Source: Gammaproteobacteria bacterium (lineage in GTDB: Bacteria; Pseudomonadota; Gammaproteobacteria; Pseudomonadales; Azotimanducaceae). From it: a stretch of DNA of 61,369 nucleotides. Made by a program: the position numbers and the translations under genes. Below the pieces are notes generated by a model. The model did no database searches, was not told the origin of the DNA, and saw nothing but the letters and a program-made list of their open reading frames with translations. Shown here piece by piece: positions 17,104 to 27,999 of this stretch (its first letter is position 1; each line of letters starts with the position of its first letter). The stretch is taken from contig JAFIFL010000001.1 in NCBI GenBank assembly GCA_020832055.1, forward strand, positions 1-61,369, in the 5' to 3' direction.

Positions 17104-18026
17104 CAGCGCACTATCGATTGCTGACCCGGGGCGATTTCGACGGTATCGTCTGTGCCGCCCTGTTGCGTGAGTGCGGGCTGGTGCAGGACGTGGCCTTTGT
17201 CCATCCCCAGGACATGCAGTCCGGCCGGGTCGCTGTCGACGACCGGGTGGTCACCGCCGTTCTGCCCTATGTCCCGGGTTGCCATCTGGCCTTCGATCAT
17301 CATTCCAGCGAATGGCTGCGCATGGGTGCGGAGCGTCCCGACAACCTCGTCAACAATCCCCATGCGGCCTCCTGCGCACGGGTCATCTACGATCACTTTG
17401 GCGGCGCTGCGGCCTTCCCGAATGTCCCGGAGGCCCTGCTCGAGGCCGTCGACAAGGCTGCTGCGGCGGCCTTCACCGAGATGGAGATCCTCGATCCCTA
17501 CGACTGGACGCTGGTGAATTTCGTTCTCGATGCGCGCACGGGTCTGGGCCGGTTTCGGGAATTTCGCATCAGCAACGAAGCCCTGCTGATGAAGATGATC
17601 GATCTGGTGCGCACCCGCAGCGGCGAGGACATCCTGCTCGATCGCGACGTATCCGAGCGGGTCCGGCTCTACTTCGAACATGAGGAACTGTTCCGCCAGC
17701 AGATCCGGCGCTGTTCGCGGCAGCATGGTGACGTGCTCGCCATCGATCTGCGCCAGGAGGATCCCATTTTTGCCGGCAACCGCTTCATGCCCTACGCGCT
17801 GTTTCCCACGAGCCGCGTTTCGATCCATTGCCTGCGTGGGCCACAGGATCGTAGCGTGTTCGCCATCGGCAAGAGCATCCTCGATCGCAGCTCTCCGGTG
17901 GATATCGGCAGTCTCTGTCTCGAGTACGGTGGTGGTGGTCATGCCAGCGCGGGAACCTGTCAGATTCCAGCCGAGAGGGCCGAAGCAGTCCTCGCTGAAC
18001 TCATCGAGGCCCTGCGCCAGCGCTGA
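17100..18026 (+). CDS. DHH-superfamily phosphoesterase (NrnB/COG2404-like)
   Basis: 308 aa. The ATG overlaps the kinase stop (ATGA). Shows N-terminal GDFDGIV (motif I), AFDHHSSE (DHH motif) and C-terminal GGGHASAG (DHHA1-like GGGH). Confidence 0.7.
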   Translation: MTAHYRLLTRGDFDGIVCAALLRECGLVQDVAFVHPQDMQSGRVAVDDRVVTAVLPYVPGCHLAFDHHSSEWLRMGAERPDNLVNNPHAASCARVIYDHFGGAAAFPNVPEALLEAVDKAAAAAFTEMEILDPYDWTLVNFVLDARTGLGRFREFRISNEALLMKMIDLVRTRSGEDILLDRDVSERVRLYFEHEELFRQQIRRCSRQHGDVLAIDLRQEDPIFAGNRFMPYALFPTSRVSIHCLRGPQDRSVFAIGKSILDRSSPVDIGSLCLEYGGGGHASAGTCQIPAERAEAVLAELIEALRQR

Positions 18027-18074
18027 ATCGTCCCCGGGGCGGGCCGCCGTACCTGCAAGGAGTCACCTCTAGCC

Positions 18075-18932
18075 ATGCATGAGGCCGCTGCAGAGCTGCT
18101 TGAACTGCTCGATCTCGAAACCATCGAGGACAACCTGTTCCGGGGACGCAACGAGCGGCACGCGGGTCCGCGGGTGTTCGGGGGGCAGGTGCTGGCCCAG
18201 GCGCTGGCTGCCTGCGGCCGTACGGTGCAGGGGCGGCTGCCCCATTCGCTGCACGCCTATTTCCTGCGTCCCGGCAACAGCCGGCTGCCGATCCTGTTCG
18301 ACGTGGACCGCATTCGGGATGGTTCGAGCTTCACCACCCGTCGGGTGAGGGGCATCCAGAACGGTGAGCCGATCTTTGCCATGTCGGCCTCTTTTCAGGT
18401 TGCGGAAGCGGGACTCGAGCATCAGTTTCCGGCACCGGACTGGCCCGATCCCGAGCAGCTCGAAGACGACACGGCGGTGGCGCGACGCCTGCAGGGCACG
18501 GACCCCAACGTCATGCCCTGGACGACTCGGGAACGGCCCTTCGAATCCCGCTCCGTCTATCCCGTGGGCACGCCCCAGCCCGAAGCGCCCATCAAGCCGG
18601 CATGGTATCGGCTCCGGGCGCGCATCGACGATGAGCCGATGCTGCATGCCTGTCTGCTGGCCTACTGTTCCGACATGGGCCTGATGTCGACGTCGCTGGT
18701 GCCGCACATGGCCGGTACGCCGCGTTCGCACATCATCGGCGCCAGCCTCGACCATGCCATGTGGTTCCACCGGCCCCTCGAGGTGGACGAGTGGTTTCTC
18801 TACGACCGGGACAGCCCGTCTGCCAGTGCCTCCCGCGGCTTCAATCGGGGCGGGTTCTACGACCAGAAGGGCCGTCTGCTGGCCTCTGTGGCCCAGGAGA
18901 GCCTGATTCGCGTCCGCCGGGACATGGATTGA
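18075..18932 (+). CDS. tesB: Acyl-CoA thioesterase II
   Basis: 285 aa. Shows LLDLE.IEDNLFRG, VFGGQVLAQAL, HSLHAYFLRPG and a double hot-dog layout. Confidence 0.88.
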   Translation: MHEAAAELLELLDLETIEDNLFRGRNERHAGPRVFGGQVLAQALAACGRTVQGRLPHSLHAYFLRPGNSRLPILFDVDRIRDGSSFTTRRVRGIQNGEPIFAMSASFQVAEAGLEHQFPAPDWPDPEQLEDDTAVARRLQGTDPNVMPWTTRERPFESRSVYPVGTPQPEAPIKPAWYRLRARIDDEPMLHACLLAYCSDMGLMSTSLVPHMAGTPRSHIIGASLDHAMWFHRPLEVDEWFLYDRDSPSASASRGFNRGGFYDQKGRLLASVAQESLIRVRRDMD

Positions 18933-18938
18933 GTCGCC

Positions 18939-20231
18939 TCACTCGCTGCGAAAATCGATATCGATGATCTCCAGGGTGGAGCGGGTCAGCGCGATCTGCA
19001 GATCCAGCTGCAGGGCCGGGTCATCGGGAAACCGCAGGCGGGTGGCATCGGCGCCCAGCTGATCCCAGGTAGGATCGACGCTGAGCCAGCGGTCATCGAT
19101 GCGCACCTCGTTCCAGGCGTGGGGTGCAAAGCCACCCAGCTCGTCCCCCGCCCAGGCCAGACCGGTGACCACCCGGCTGTGGTAGCCGGCAGCCTGCGCC
19201 AGGGCCGAAAACAGGGCCGCGAACTCGTAGCAGTCCCCCCGACCGTCGATCAGCAGAGCATCCAGGGAAGGCGGGGCAGCGCCCGGGTGATAGCGGATGC
19301 GACGGCGGACCTCGGACACCAGCCGTTCGAGCTCGCTGCGCTGACGCGGCTCCAGCCAGGGATCCGCGCCGAGCCGCTTCGTGACCAGGATGTCCTCGCC
19401 GTTCTCGCCGGCCTGCAGTCCTGGCCCGCTCTGGAACATGCCTGCGGCGGGGCCGTGAAGTTTGAGGGTCATGCCGCTGACCCGGGCGCTGTCGCCGAGC
19501 CGCTCGGTAACCGGCAGCAGCAGAGGGCCGCTGTTCGCTTCGACGTGCAACGTCGGTCTGGCATCCACCCGGCGCAGCACGAAGCTGCTGCCGATTTCAT
19601 AGCGCATCGGCGTGCCGTCCGGGGCCAGCCACAGGCCCACCTTGGCGCCGTCGGTGCGCTCGCCTAGGGCGTGGGTGCCATCGCGGTCGCGGCTCTTCAC
19701 CTCCCAGGCGGTCACCATGCCTGAACCTTCGTCTCCTTTGGCGCCTCCATTGGCGCCCCCGCTGCCACCCCCGCCGAACATGCCCTGCTGCTCGACCCGA
19801 TCACCCACGGGCGTCGCGGCGAGGGTCCGGGTACCGTCCAGTGTGCCGAGGTCCGGTGAACCGAGTTCCTCGCCGCTTTTGACTTCATGATGTTCGATGC
19901 CTGCGGGCGTGCGCGTGAAACGGGTGCGTTGCAGCAGGACATGGGGCGGTTCGAGGGCGAACAGCAGGCGCTCCTCCCGCAGCAGCCAGCCGCTGCCCGG
20001 CAGGTGGATCTCGACCCGGGTATCCATGCGGGGGGCGCCGTTGCCGGCCCGGCCCCGGCGTTCCTCCACCACCCCGGCAGCCTCGCCATCGAGTTCGATC
20101 ACGTAGAGGCGCTGGCTCGCTGCATCGAAACTTCGGTCAGGGTCCGGCAGGCGCTCGCCGCAGGCGGAAAGCAGCAGGAGCAGCCCGATCAGCGGCAGCC
20201 ATCGGGGGGCCAGATTTACGGCTGAGAACAT
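18939..20231 (-). CDS. Lipoprotein with C-terminal transglutaminase-like cysteine protease domain
   Basis: The first 430 codons of the artefactual 1457-aa track ORF, counted from its stop. Starts at the ATG at 20231 (MFSAVNLAPRWLPLIGLLLLLSACG, a lipobox). The TGase core is GDCYEFAALF...HAWNEV...DPT. Confidence 0.78.
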   Translation of the reverse strand: MFSAVNLAPRWLPLIGLLLLLSACGERLPDPDRSFDAASQRLYVIELDGEAAGVVEERRGRAGNGAPRMDTRVEIHLPGSGWLLREERLLFALEPPHVLLQRTRFTRTPAGIEHHEVKSGEELGSPDLGTLDGTRTLAATPVGDRVEQQGMFGGGGSGGANGGAKGDEGSGMVTAWEVKSRDRDGTHALGERTDGAKVGLWLAPDGTPMRYEIGSSFVLRRVDARPTLHVEANSGPLLLPVTERLGDSARVSGMTLKLHGPAAGMFQSGPGLQAGENGEDILVTKRLGADPWLEPRQRSELERLVSEVRRRIRYHPGAAPPSLDALLIDGRGDCYEFAALFSALAQAAGYHSRVVTGLAWAGDELGGFAPHAWNEVRIDDRWLSVDPTWDQLGADATRLRFPDDPALQLDLQIALTRSTLEIIDIDFRSE

Positions 20232-20345
20232 CGTGTGCCCTGTTCTTGGACGGTCATGACAGTGCACCGGCAATGCGTGCGGGACAGGATCGGACCGGGC
20301 GTTTAGAATGGCGGCCCTTCGCGAGACGAGCTGTGACGCACGCCT

Positions 20346-22022
<1,677 letters not shown>

Positions 22023-22061
22023 CGGATTGAAGCGGGCGCGAAAAGAAAAGGGAGGTGCGAC

Positions 22062-22976
22062 ATGCGTGACGAAGTGACGTTGCTCGAAGTCTCGCCCCGG
22101 GACGGGCTGCAGAACGAGCCCGGCGTGATGACCACTGCCGACAAGCTGGAGCTGATCGGCGATGCCATTGCAGCCGGTGCCCGACGCATCGAGGTCACCA
22201 GTTTCGTGCACCCGAAGAAGGTGCCGCAGATGGCGGATGCCGAAGCCGTCTGCGCCGGTCTGCCGGATACGGCGGGGATTCGCTACACGGGGCTGGTTTT
22301 GAATCGCCGTGGCCTCGACCGGGCGCTGGCCACCGGCCGTCTGCACGAGGTGGGCATGGTGGTGCCCGCCAGCGACACCTTCGGCATCCGCAATCAGGCC
22401 ATGGATGTGGAGGCGGCCCTGGCCGCCGCTGAAGACGTGATCGCGGCGGCCCGCGACGGCGGCATCGGCGTGCAGGTCACGCTGGCGGTGGCCTTCGGCT
22501 GTCCCTTCGAGGGCGAGGTGCCCGCCGACCGGGTGCTGGCCATGGCCACGCGTCTGGCTGCGGTGGCGCCGGACGAGATCTGTCTGGCCGATACCGTGGG
22601 GGTGGCGGTGCCGAGTCAGGTGCTGCATCTGTTCACGTCCATCCGTAAGGCCATCGGCCCGGGCATTCCCCTGCGGGCGCACTTCCACAACACCCGCAAC
22701 ACCGGCTTTGCCAATGCCTTCGCGGCGCTGCAGGCGGACGTGTCCGTCCTCGACGCCAGCATCGGCGGCATCGGCGGCTGTCCCTTTGCGCCCAAGGCCA
22801 CCGGCAATATCGCCAGTGAGGATCTGATCTACATGCTGGAGCGCATGGGGGTTCGGACCGGTGTCAGCCTCGACGGACTGATCGAGGCCGCGGAGCGCCT
22901 CGGCAGCCGCCTCGGCCGACCTGTCCCGGGCCTGCTGGCCAAGGCGGGCGGATTCCCGGCGCCGGAGGCCGCCTGA
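22062..22976 (+). CDS. Hydroxymethylglutaryl-CoA lyase
   Basis: 304 aa. Shows EVSPRDGLQNE, EVTSFVHPKKVPQM, HFHNTRNTG and GGCPFAPKATGN. Confidence 0.9.
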   Translation: MRDEVTLLEVSPRDGLQNEPGVMTTADKLELIGDAIAAGARRIEVTSFVHPKKVPQMADAEAVCAGLPDTAGIRYTGLVLNRRGLDRALATGRLHEVGMVVPASDTFGIRNQAMDVEAALAAAEDVIAAARDGGIGVQVTLAVAFGCPFEGEVPADRVLAMATRLAAVAPDEICLADTVGVAVPSQVLHLFTSIRKAIGPGIPLRAHFHNTRNTGFANAFAALQADVSVLDASIGGIGGCPFAPKATGNIASEDLIYMLERMGVRTGVSLDGLIEAAERLGSRLGRPVPGLLAKAGGFPAPEAA

Positions 22977-22977
22977 C

Positions 22978-24159
22978 ATGCCCGGTCCGCTGGAAGGATT
23001 GCGCGTCATCGAACTCGGCCAGCTCATTGCCGGCCCGTTCTGTGGCCAGATGCTCGGCGACCTCGGCGCGGAGGTGATCAAGGTCGAAGCCCCGGGCAAG
23101 GGCGACGCCATGCGAGACTGGGGGCAGGGCAAGCCGGTGTGGTGGCCGGTGATCGCCCGCAACAAGAAGTGCATCACCCTGGATCTTCGGCGCGAGACCG
23201 GCCAGGGCATCCTCGCCGATCTCGCTGCCGAGGCGGACATCCTCATCGAGAATTTCCGCCCCGGCACCCTGGAAAAGTGGGGGCTCTCTCCAGAGGCTCT
23301 GCACGCCCGCAATCCCGGGCTGATCCTGGTCCGAGTCAGCGGCTTCGGCCAGACCGGGCCTTATGCCAAGCGAGCGGGCTACGGCTCCATCGGCGAGGCC
23401 ATGGGCGGCATGCGCTATCTGGCCGGAGAACCGGACCGGCCACCGAGCCGTGTCGGGCTTTCCATCGGCGATGCGCTGGCCGCCACGTTCGGCTGCGTCG
23501 GCGCCCTGGCGGCGCTGGAATACCGGCGCAAGACCGGCCGTGGGCAGGTGGTGGATTCGGCCATCTACGAGGCGGTCCTCGGCATGCTCGAAAGCACGGT
23601 GGCGGAGTACACCGAAGCCGGCGTGATCCGAGAGCGCACCGGCTCGATCCTGCCGAAGATCGCGCCCTCCAACGTCTATCCCACGGCGGACGGCGAGATG
23701 GTGCTGGTGGCGGCCAATCAGGACAGCGTGTTCGCCCGCCTCGCCGAGGCCATGGGTGAGCCAGAGCTGGCCACGGATGAGCGCTACGCCAACCACCTCG
23801 CCCGCGGCGAGCGACAGGCGGAACTCGATGCCCGCATCGGCGCCTGGACGGCGACGTTGCCCGCCAAGGAACTGCTCGATCACTGCGAGCAGCATGGCGT
23901 TCCGGCCGGCAGGATCTTTCGGGTACCCGAAATGCTCGACGATCCGCAGTTCCGGGCCCGGGAGGCCATCATCAAAGTGGATCATCCCGAGTTCACCAAT
24001 CTGCACATGCAGAACGTGTTTCCGAAACTCTCGGCCACGCCGGGGTCGGTCCGCTGGCCCGGACCGGCCCTGGGCGCCCACACCGACGAAGTGCTCAGCG
24101 ACCTGCTCGGTTATGACGCCGAACGGATTGCCGCCCTGCGTGAGGCAGGACACATCTGA
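22978..24159 (+). CDS. Family III CoA-transferase (CaiB/BaiF family)
   Basis: 393 aa. Shows GLRVIELGQLIAGPFCGQMLGDLGAEVIKVE and ENFRPG. Confidence 0.9.
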   Translation: MPGPLEGLRVIELGQLIAGPFCGQMLGDLGAEVIKVEAPGKGDAMRDWGQGKPVWWPVIARNKKCITLDLRRETGQGILADLAAEADILIENFRPGTLEKWGLSPEALHARNPGLILVRVSGFGQTGPYAKRAGYGSIGEAMGGMRYLAGEPDRPPSRVGLSIGDALAATFGCVGALAALEYRRKTGRGQVVDSAIYEAVLGMLESTVAEYTEAGVIRERTGSILPKIAPSNVYPTADGEMVLVAANQDSVFARLAEAMGEPELATDERYANHLARGERQAELDARIGAWTATLPAKELLDHCEQHGVPAGRIFRVPEMLDDPQFRAREAIIKVDHPEFTNLHMQNVFPKLSATPGSVRWPGPALGAHTDEVLSDLLGYDAERIAALREAGHI

Positions 24160-24196
24160 ATTCAATCGACGAACCGACTGCAATCAGGAGAACAAC

Positions 24197-24592
24197 ATGG
24201 GTCTCGCTCTGGCCAAGGATTCCATCGATCTCGGCATCATCACCCGCAACGCGGCGCCCATGGTGGCGTTCTATCGCGATCTGCTCGGCTTCACCGACGA
24301 GGGACAGATGCCTGTGCCGGGCATCGGCACCATGTATCGGCTGCGCTGCGGCAGCAGCCTGATCAAGATCACCGAGGCCGAACCGAAGGCGGATGCGCCT
24401 CCCGGTGGTCTGGCAGGTGCCACCGGCATGCGCTACTGGACCATTTCCGTGGTGGACGTGGACGCCGCGGCCGAGATGTGTCGTCAGGGTGGACACGAGC
24501 CGGTGATTCCGCCACGTGACATCCGTCCCGGGGTGCGCATCGCCATGTTCGAAGACCCGGACGGCAACTGGGTGGAGCTGCTGCAATCGTGA
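24197..24592 (+). CDS. VOC (glyoxalase/bleomycin-resistance/dioxygenase) family protein
   Basis: Inside track ORF 23756..24592. ATG at 24197 follows AGGAG. Shows FYRDLLGF and the C-terminal FEDPDGNWVEL. Confidence 0.75.
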   Translation: MGLALAKDSIDLGIITRNAAPMVAFYRDLLGFTDEGQMPVPGIGTMYRLRCGSSLIKITEAEPKADAPPGGLAGATGMRYWTISVVDVDAAAEMCRQGGHEPVIPPRDIRPGVRIAMFEDPDGNWVELLQS

Positions 24593-25230
24593 GCGACGCA
24601 GGGTTCGAGCGCTGCCGGGCCATGCTGACTGCCATGGCGGGCCTGCAGGACGAACACAACCGCCACGTGGCGGAGGACTGGCGCGAACGGGGCTTTCCCT
24701 ACTATCGGGCGGTGTGGGTGGAATGCGCGGAGCTGCTCGACCATTTCGGCTGGAAGTGGTGGAAGCGGCAGCAGCCGGACCTCGGGCAGGTCCGGCTCGA
24801 AGTGGTGGACATCTGGCACTTCGGGCTCAGCATGCTGCTGCTCGACGACGGCGTGGACGATGCCCTGGTCGGCGCCTTCCATCGCGGTGTCGGACAGCCC
24901 CGGGACCTCGAATGCTTCCGGACCGACGTGGAGGCCCTGGCAGCCGAGGCGCTGACGAGCCGCCGCTTCTCGGTGCCAGCCTTCATTCACCTGCTCAACG
25001 ACCTCGGCATGGATCTCGCCGACCTCAGCCGCGAGTACATCGGCAAGAACGTGCTGAACAACTTCAGGCAGGCGCACGGCTACCAGGATGGCAGCTACCG
25101 CAAGACCTGGGCCGGTCGCGAGGACAACGAGCATCTGCTGGAAGTCATCACCGACCTTGACGCCGCGGCCGAGGATTTTCCCGATCGGCTCTGGCAGGCG
25201 CTGGATCGAGGTTATCGCGAGAGCCCGTAG
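24589..25230 (+). CDS. Dimeric (all-alpha) dUTPase-like NTP pyrophosphohydrolase
   Basis: 213 aa. The GTG overlaps the VOC stop (GTGA). Shows YYRAVWVECAELLDHFGWKWWK and VDIWHFGLS, blocks typical of the dUTPase_2 family. Confidence 0.6.
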   Translation: MSDAGFERCRAMLTAMAGLQDEHNRHVAEDWRERGFPYYRAVWVECAELLDHFGWKWWKRQQPDLGQVRLEVVDIWHFGLSMLLLDDGVDDALVGAFHRGVGQPRDLECFRTDVEALAAEALTSRRFSVPAFIHLLNDLGMDLADLSREYIGKNVLNNFRQAHGYQDGSYRKTWAGREDNEHLLEVITDLDAAAEDFPDRLWQALDRGYRESP

Positions 25231-25397
25231 CGGTCCACGAACGGCATTCCGCTCCCACGGATGACTGCGGCAACGCCTGCATCGCGTTGCCTGTCACCCA
25301 ACCGTCACCACATGTTCATCTGCCGTCGATCAGGACGTCATGCCTGCTTCATGCCCATGCCTCAGGCTGGATCAAACCAGCAGAGCAGGAAGGGAGT

Positions 25398-26204
25398 ATG
25401 GCCCCCATCACCGGAAGTCCCCGTCATTACCGCGCGATCTGGCTGTCTGACATCCATCTCGGCACTCGAGGCTGCCAGGCCGATGTCCTCCTCGACTTTC
25501 TGAAGCACCACACCTGCGACCGACTCTATCTGGTTGGCGACATCATCGACGGCTGGCGGCTGTCGAGTACGCTGTACTGGCCCCAGAGCCACTCCAACGT
25601 GCTGCGGCGCTTTCTGACCCTCGCCAAGCGCGGTACCGAGATCACCTACGTCACCGGCAACCACGACGAGTTCCTGCGGCGTTTCTCGGACCACAGCTTC
25701 GGCAACATCCGGCTGGTGGACCGCGCCGTCCACCAGACCGCCGATGGCAAATCGCTGCTGGTGGTCCACGGTGACGAGTACGACGTCATCACCCGCTACC
25801 ACCGGTGGATCGCGTGGCTCGGCGATATCGGCTACCAGTTCCTGCTGGAGGTGAACCGGGTCAACAACGCGATCCGGGAGCGGCTCGGGTTCGGCCGCTG
25901 GTCGCTGTCGGCCTGGGTCAAGCACCGGGTCAAGCGCGCGGTGAACTTCATCAGTGAATTCGAGTTGGCGGTGGCCCGCGAATGCGAGCGCGAAGGCTTC
26001 GATGGCGTCGTCTGCGGCCACATTCACCACGCTGAAATCCGCGACATCGGACCGATCCGCTACCTGAACTGCGGTGACTGGGTGGAATCCTGCACCGCGC
26101 TGGTGGAAGACGCCGGCGGTGAGATTCGCGTGCTGGACTGGAGCAAGAGTCGTGAAGGTGCCGAGGTCATCGCCCTGCCATCCCCGAAGGAGCGCGCGGC
26201 ATGA
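25398..26204 (+). CDS. LpxH-like UDP-2,3-diacylglucosamine diphosphatase family metallophosphoesterase
   Basis: Track ORF 25287..26204 trimmed to the ATG at 25398 (RBS AGGAAGGGAG). Shows LSDIHLG, LVGDIIDGW, GNHDEF, VHGDEYD and GHIHH. Confidence 0.8.
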   Translation: MAPITGSPRHYRAIWLSDIHLGTRGCQADVLLDFLKHHTCDRLYLVGDIIDGWRLSSTLYWPQSHSNVLRRFLTLAKRGTEITYVTGNHDEFLRRFSDHSFGNIRLVDRAVHQTADGKSLLVVHGDEYDVITRYHRWIAWLGDIGYQFLLEVNRVNNAIRERLGFGRWSLSAWVKHRVKRAVNFISEFELAVARECEREGFDGVVCGHIHHAEIRDIGPIRYLNCGDWVESCTALVEDAGGEIRVLDWSKSREGAEVIALPSPKERAA

Positions 26205-27268
26205 TCCTCCTCATCGTCACGGACGCTTGGCGCCCTCAGACCAACGGCGTCGTCACCACACTGGAGGAGGTGATCGCTGGTGTGCGTGAACTCGGCCATC
26301 GCGTCGAGGTGCTGGAGCCGGGCGGTTTCCGCACCGTGGGGCTGCCTGGGTATCGGGAGATCCGCGTCGCCATCAATCCGTTTTCTGTCGGTCGGCGCAT
26401 TCGCGAACTGGCGCCCGGCGCGGTGCACATCGCCACCGAAGGCCCGCTCGGGCTCGCCGCCCGGCGCTTTCTGGTGAAGCGGGGTCTGCCGTTCACCACC
26501 TCTCTCCACACCAAGTTTCCCGAATACATGCAAGCCCGCATCGGCCTGCCGCTGCGCTTCGGCTACCGTTTTCTGCGCTGGTTCCACCGGCCGGCCGGCA
26601 GCACGCTGGTGACCACCGCCCGGCAGCAGGAGGAACTCCAGGCGTGGGGGCTCGAGCATCTGCAGGTGTGGGGCCGCGGTGTGGACACCCACCACTTCCG
26701 GCCGCGACCACGCGTTCGCGGCTTCGACGACCCCCTCCTGCTCTATGTCGGGCGCGTGGCGGTGGAGAAGAATCTGCAGGCCTTCCTGGAACTCGATGTT
26801 CCCGGACAGAAGGTGGTGGTGGGTGACGGGCCTCAGCGAGCTGCGCTTGCGCGCCGCTTTCCGGACGTGACCTTCATCGGCTACTGCTACGGAGACGAGC
26901 TGGCCGAGTGGTACGCCAAAGCTGACGTCTTCGTGTTCCCCTCCCGGACCGATACTTTCGGTCTGGTGATGCTGGAAGCCATGGCCTGCGGGACGCCGGT
27001 GGCCGCCTACCCGGTGACCGGGCCGCTGGATCTGGTCACCGACGGCCTCAACGGCGCCCTGGACGAGGATCTCGGCTGCGCGATCGAGCGGGCGCTGGAC
27101 TGTGACCGGGCGGCCTGCCGCCAGTTTGCCGAGCAGCAGGGTTGGGACAGCGTCGTTCAGCGTTTCGTCGACGACCTGGAGTCGATCACCTGGCCTGCGC
27201 CCGTGCGGGCCGACGACAGGCTGGCCACCGAAACCATCGACCCCGTGGGATCGAATTCCCTGCGCTGA
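26201..27268 (+). CDS. Glycosyltransferase family 4 (GT-B, group 1)
   Basis: 355 aa. The ATG overlaps the stop of the LpxH-like gene (ATGA). Shows the N-terminal NGVVTT motif and the C-terminal FVFPSRTDTFGLVMLEAMACGTPV. Confidence 0.85.
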   Translation: MILLIVTDAWRPQTNGVVTTLEEVIAGVRELGHRVEVLEPGGFRTVGLPGYREIRVAINPFSVGRRIRELAPGAVHIATEGPLGLAARRFLVKRGLPFTTSLHTKFPEYMQARIGLPLRFGYRFLRWFHRPAGSTLVTTARQQEELQAWGLEHLQVWGRGVDTHHFRPRPRVRGFDDPLLLYVGRVAVEKNLQAFLELDVPGQKVVVGDGPQRAALARRFPDVTFIGYCYGDELAEWYAKADVFVFPSRTDTFGLVMLEAMACGTPVAAYPVTGPLDLVTDGLNGALDEDLGCAIERALDCDRAACRQFAEQQGWDSVVQRFVDDLESITWPAPVRADDRLATETIDPVGSNSLR

Positions 27269-27319
27269 CAGCATCAGCGCGGATCGCTATGGTGGGCGCT
27301 GCTGACGTGCGGGACCACC

Positions 27320-27880
27320 ATGAACGAGCTTTTTTCAGGGCCGGCTGCAGTGCCGGCCACAGCGCAGGCCCGAGCCCGCCTGCTCGCCCGCATCCATGCC
27401 GACGCCAGCTTCGATGGTGCCGAGCAGGCGACTTTGATGTTCCTCTGTGACCGGCAGCAGGTGCTGCTGATCCGCAAGCGGCGTGGTCATGGAGCCGGCC
27501 TGGTCAACGCCCCGGGCGGCAAGCTCGAACCCGGTGAGAGGCCGCTGGCCTGCGCCGTGCGGGAAACCCGCGAGGAGGTGGGCGTCGACGTGGACCCCGG
27601 TGCGGTCCGGGAACTCGGTGAACTGCGATTCCAGGATGTGGATGGCAGCCGCATCCGCGGCTGGGCCTTCCGCGCCGACCGCTTCCATGGCACGCCTGCC
27701 ACCACTCCCGAAGCCATTCCGTTCTGGGCGCCGATGGCCGCCATCCCCTACGCATCGATGTGGCCGGGAGACCGTTTCTGGCTTCCCTGGGTGCTCGCGA
27801 ACCGGGGCTTCCGCGCCAGCCTGCTCTGCGATGGTGCCGAGGTGCTCGAGACCCGCGTGACACCTGCCGGCCCGGATTGA
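27320..27880 (+). CDS. NUDIX hydrolase
   Basis: 186 aa. Nudix box GGKLEPGERPLACAVRETREEVG. Confidence 0.85.
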   Translation: MNELFSGPAAVPATAQARARLLARIHADASFDGAEQATLMFLCDRQQVLLIRKRRGHGAGLVNAPGGKLEPGERPLACAVRETREEVGVDVDPGAVRELGELRFQDVDGSRIRGWAFRADRFHGTPATTPEAIPFWAPMAAIPYASMWPGDRFWLPWVLANRGFRASLLCDGAEVLETRVTPAGPD

Positions 27881-27999
27881 TTTGCTGGCCAGTTTCTTGC
27901 GTGTCTCCACCCGGTTCCTTTGTCACCCATCGCACAGATCCGACGCGCCGGCCTGACTACAGTGCCTAGTTCGCAGTTCGAGCCAAGGGAGTTCAAGCC

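Noticed and set aside
27881-27999. Searched the region upstream of the TonB-dependent receptor for a Fur box or a cobalamin or other riboswitch.
   Set aside because: I saw no convincing match to GATAATGATAATCATTATC by eye. The 119-nt leader is too short for a cobalamin riboswitch and shows no conserved B12 box. A PWM or covariance-model scan would be needed for a firm negative.
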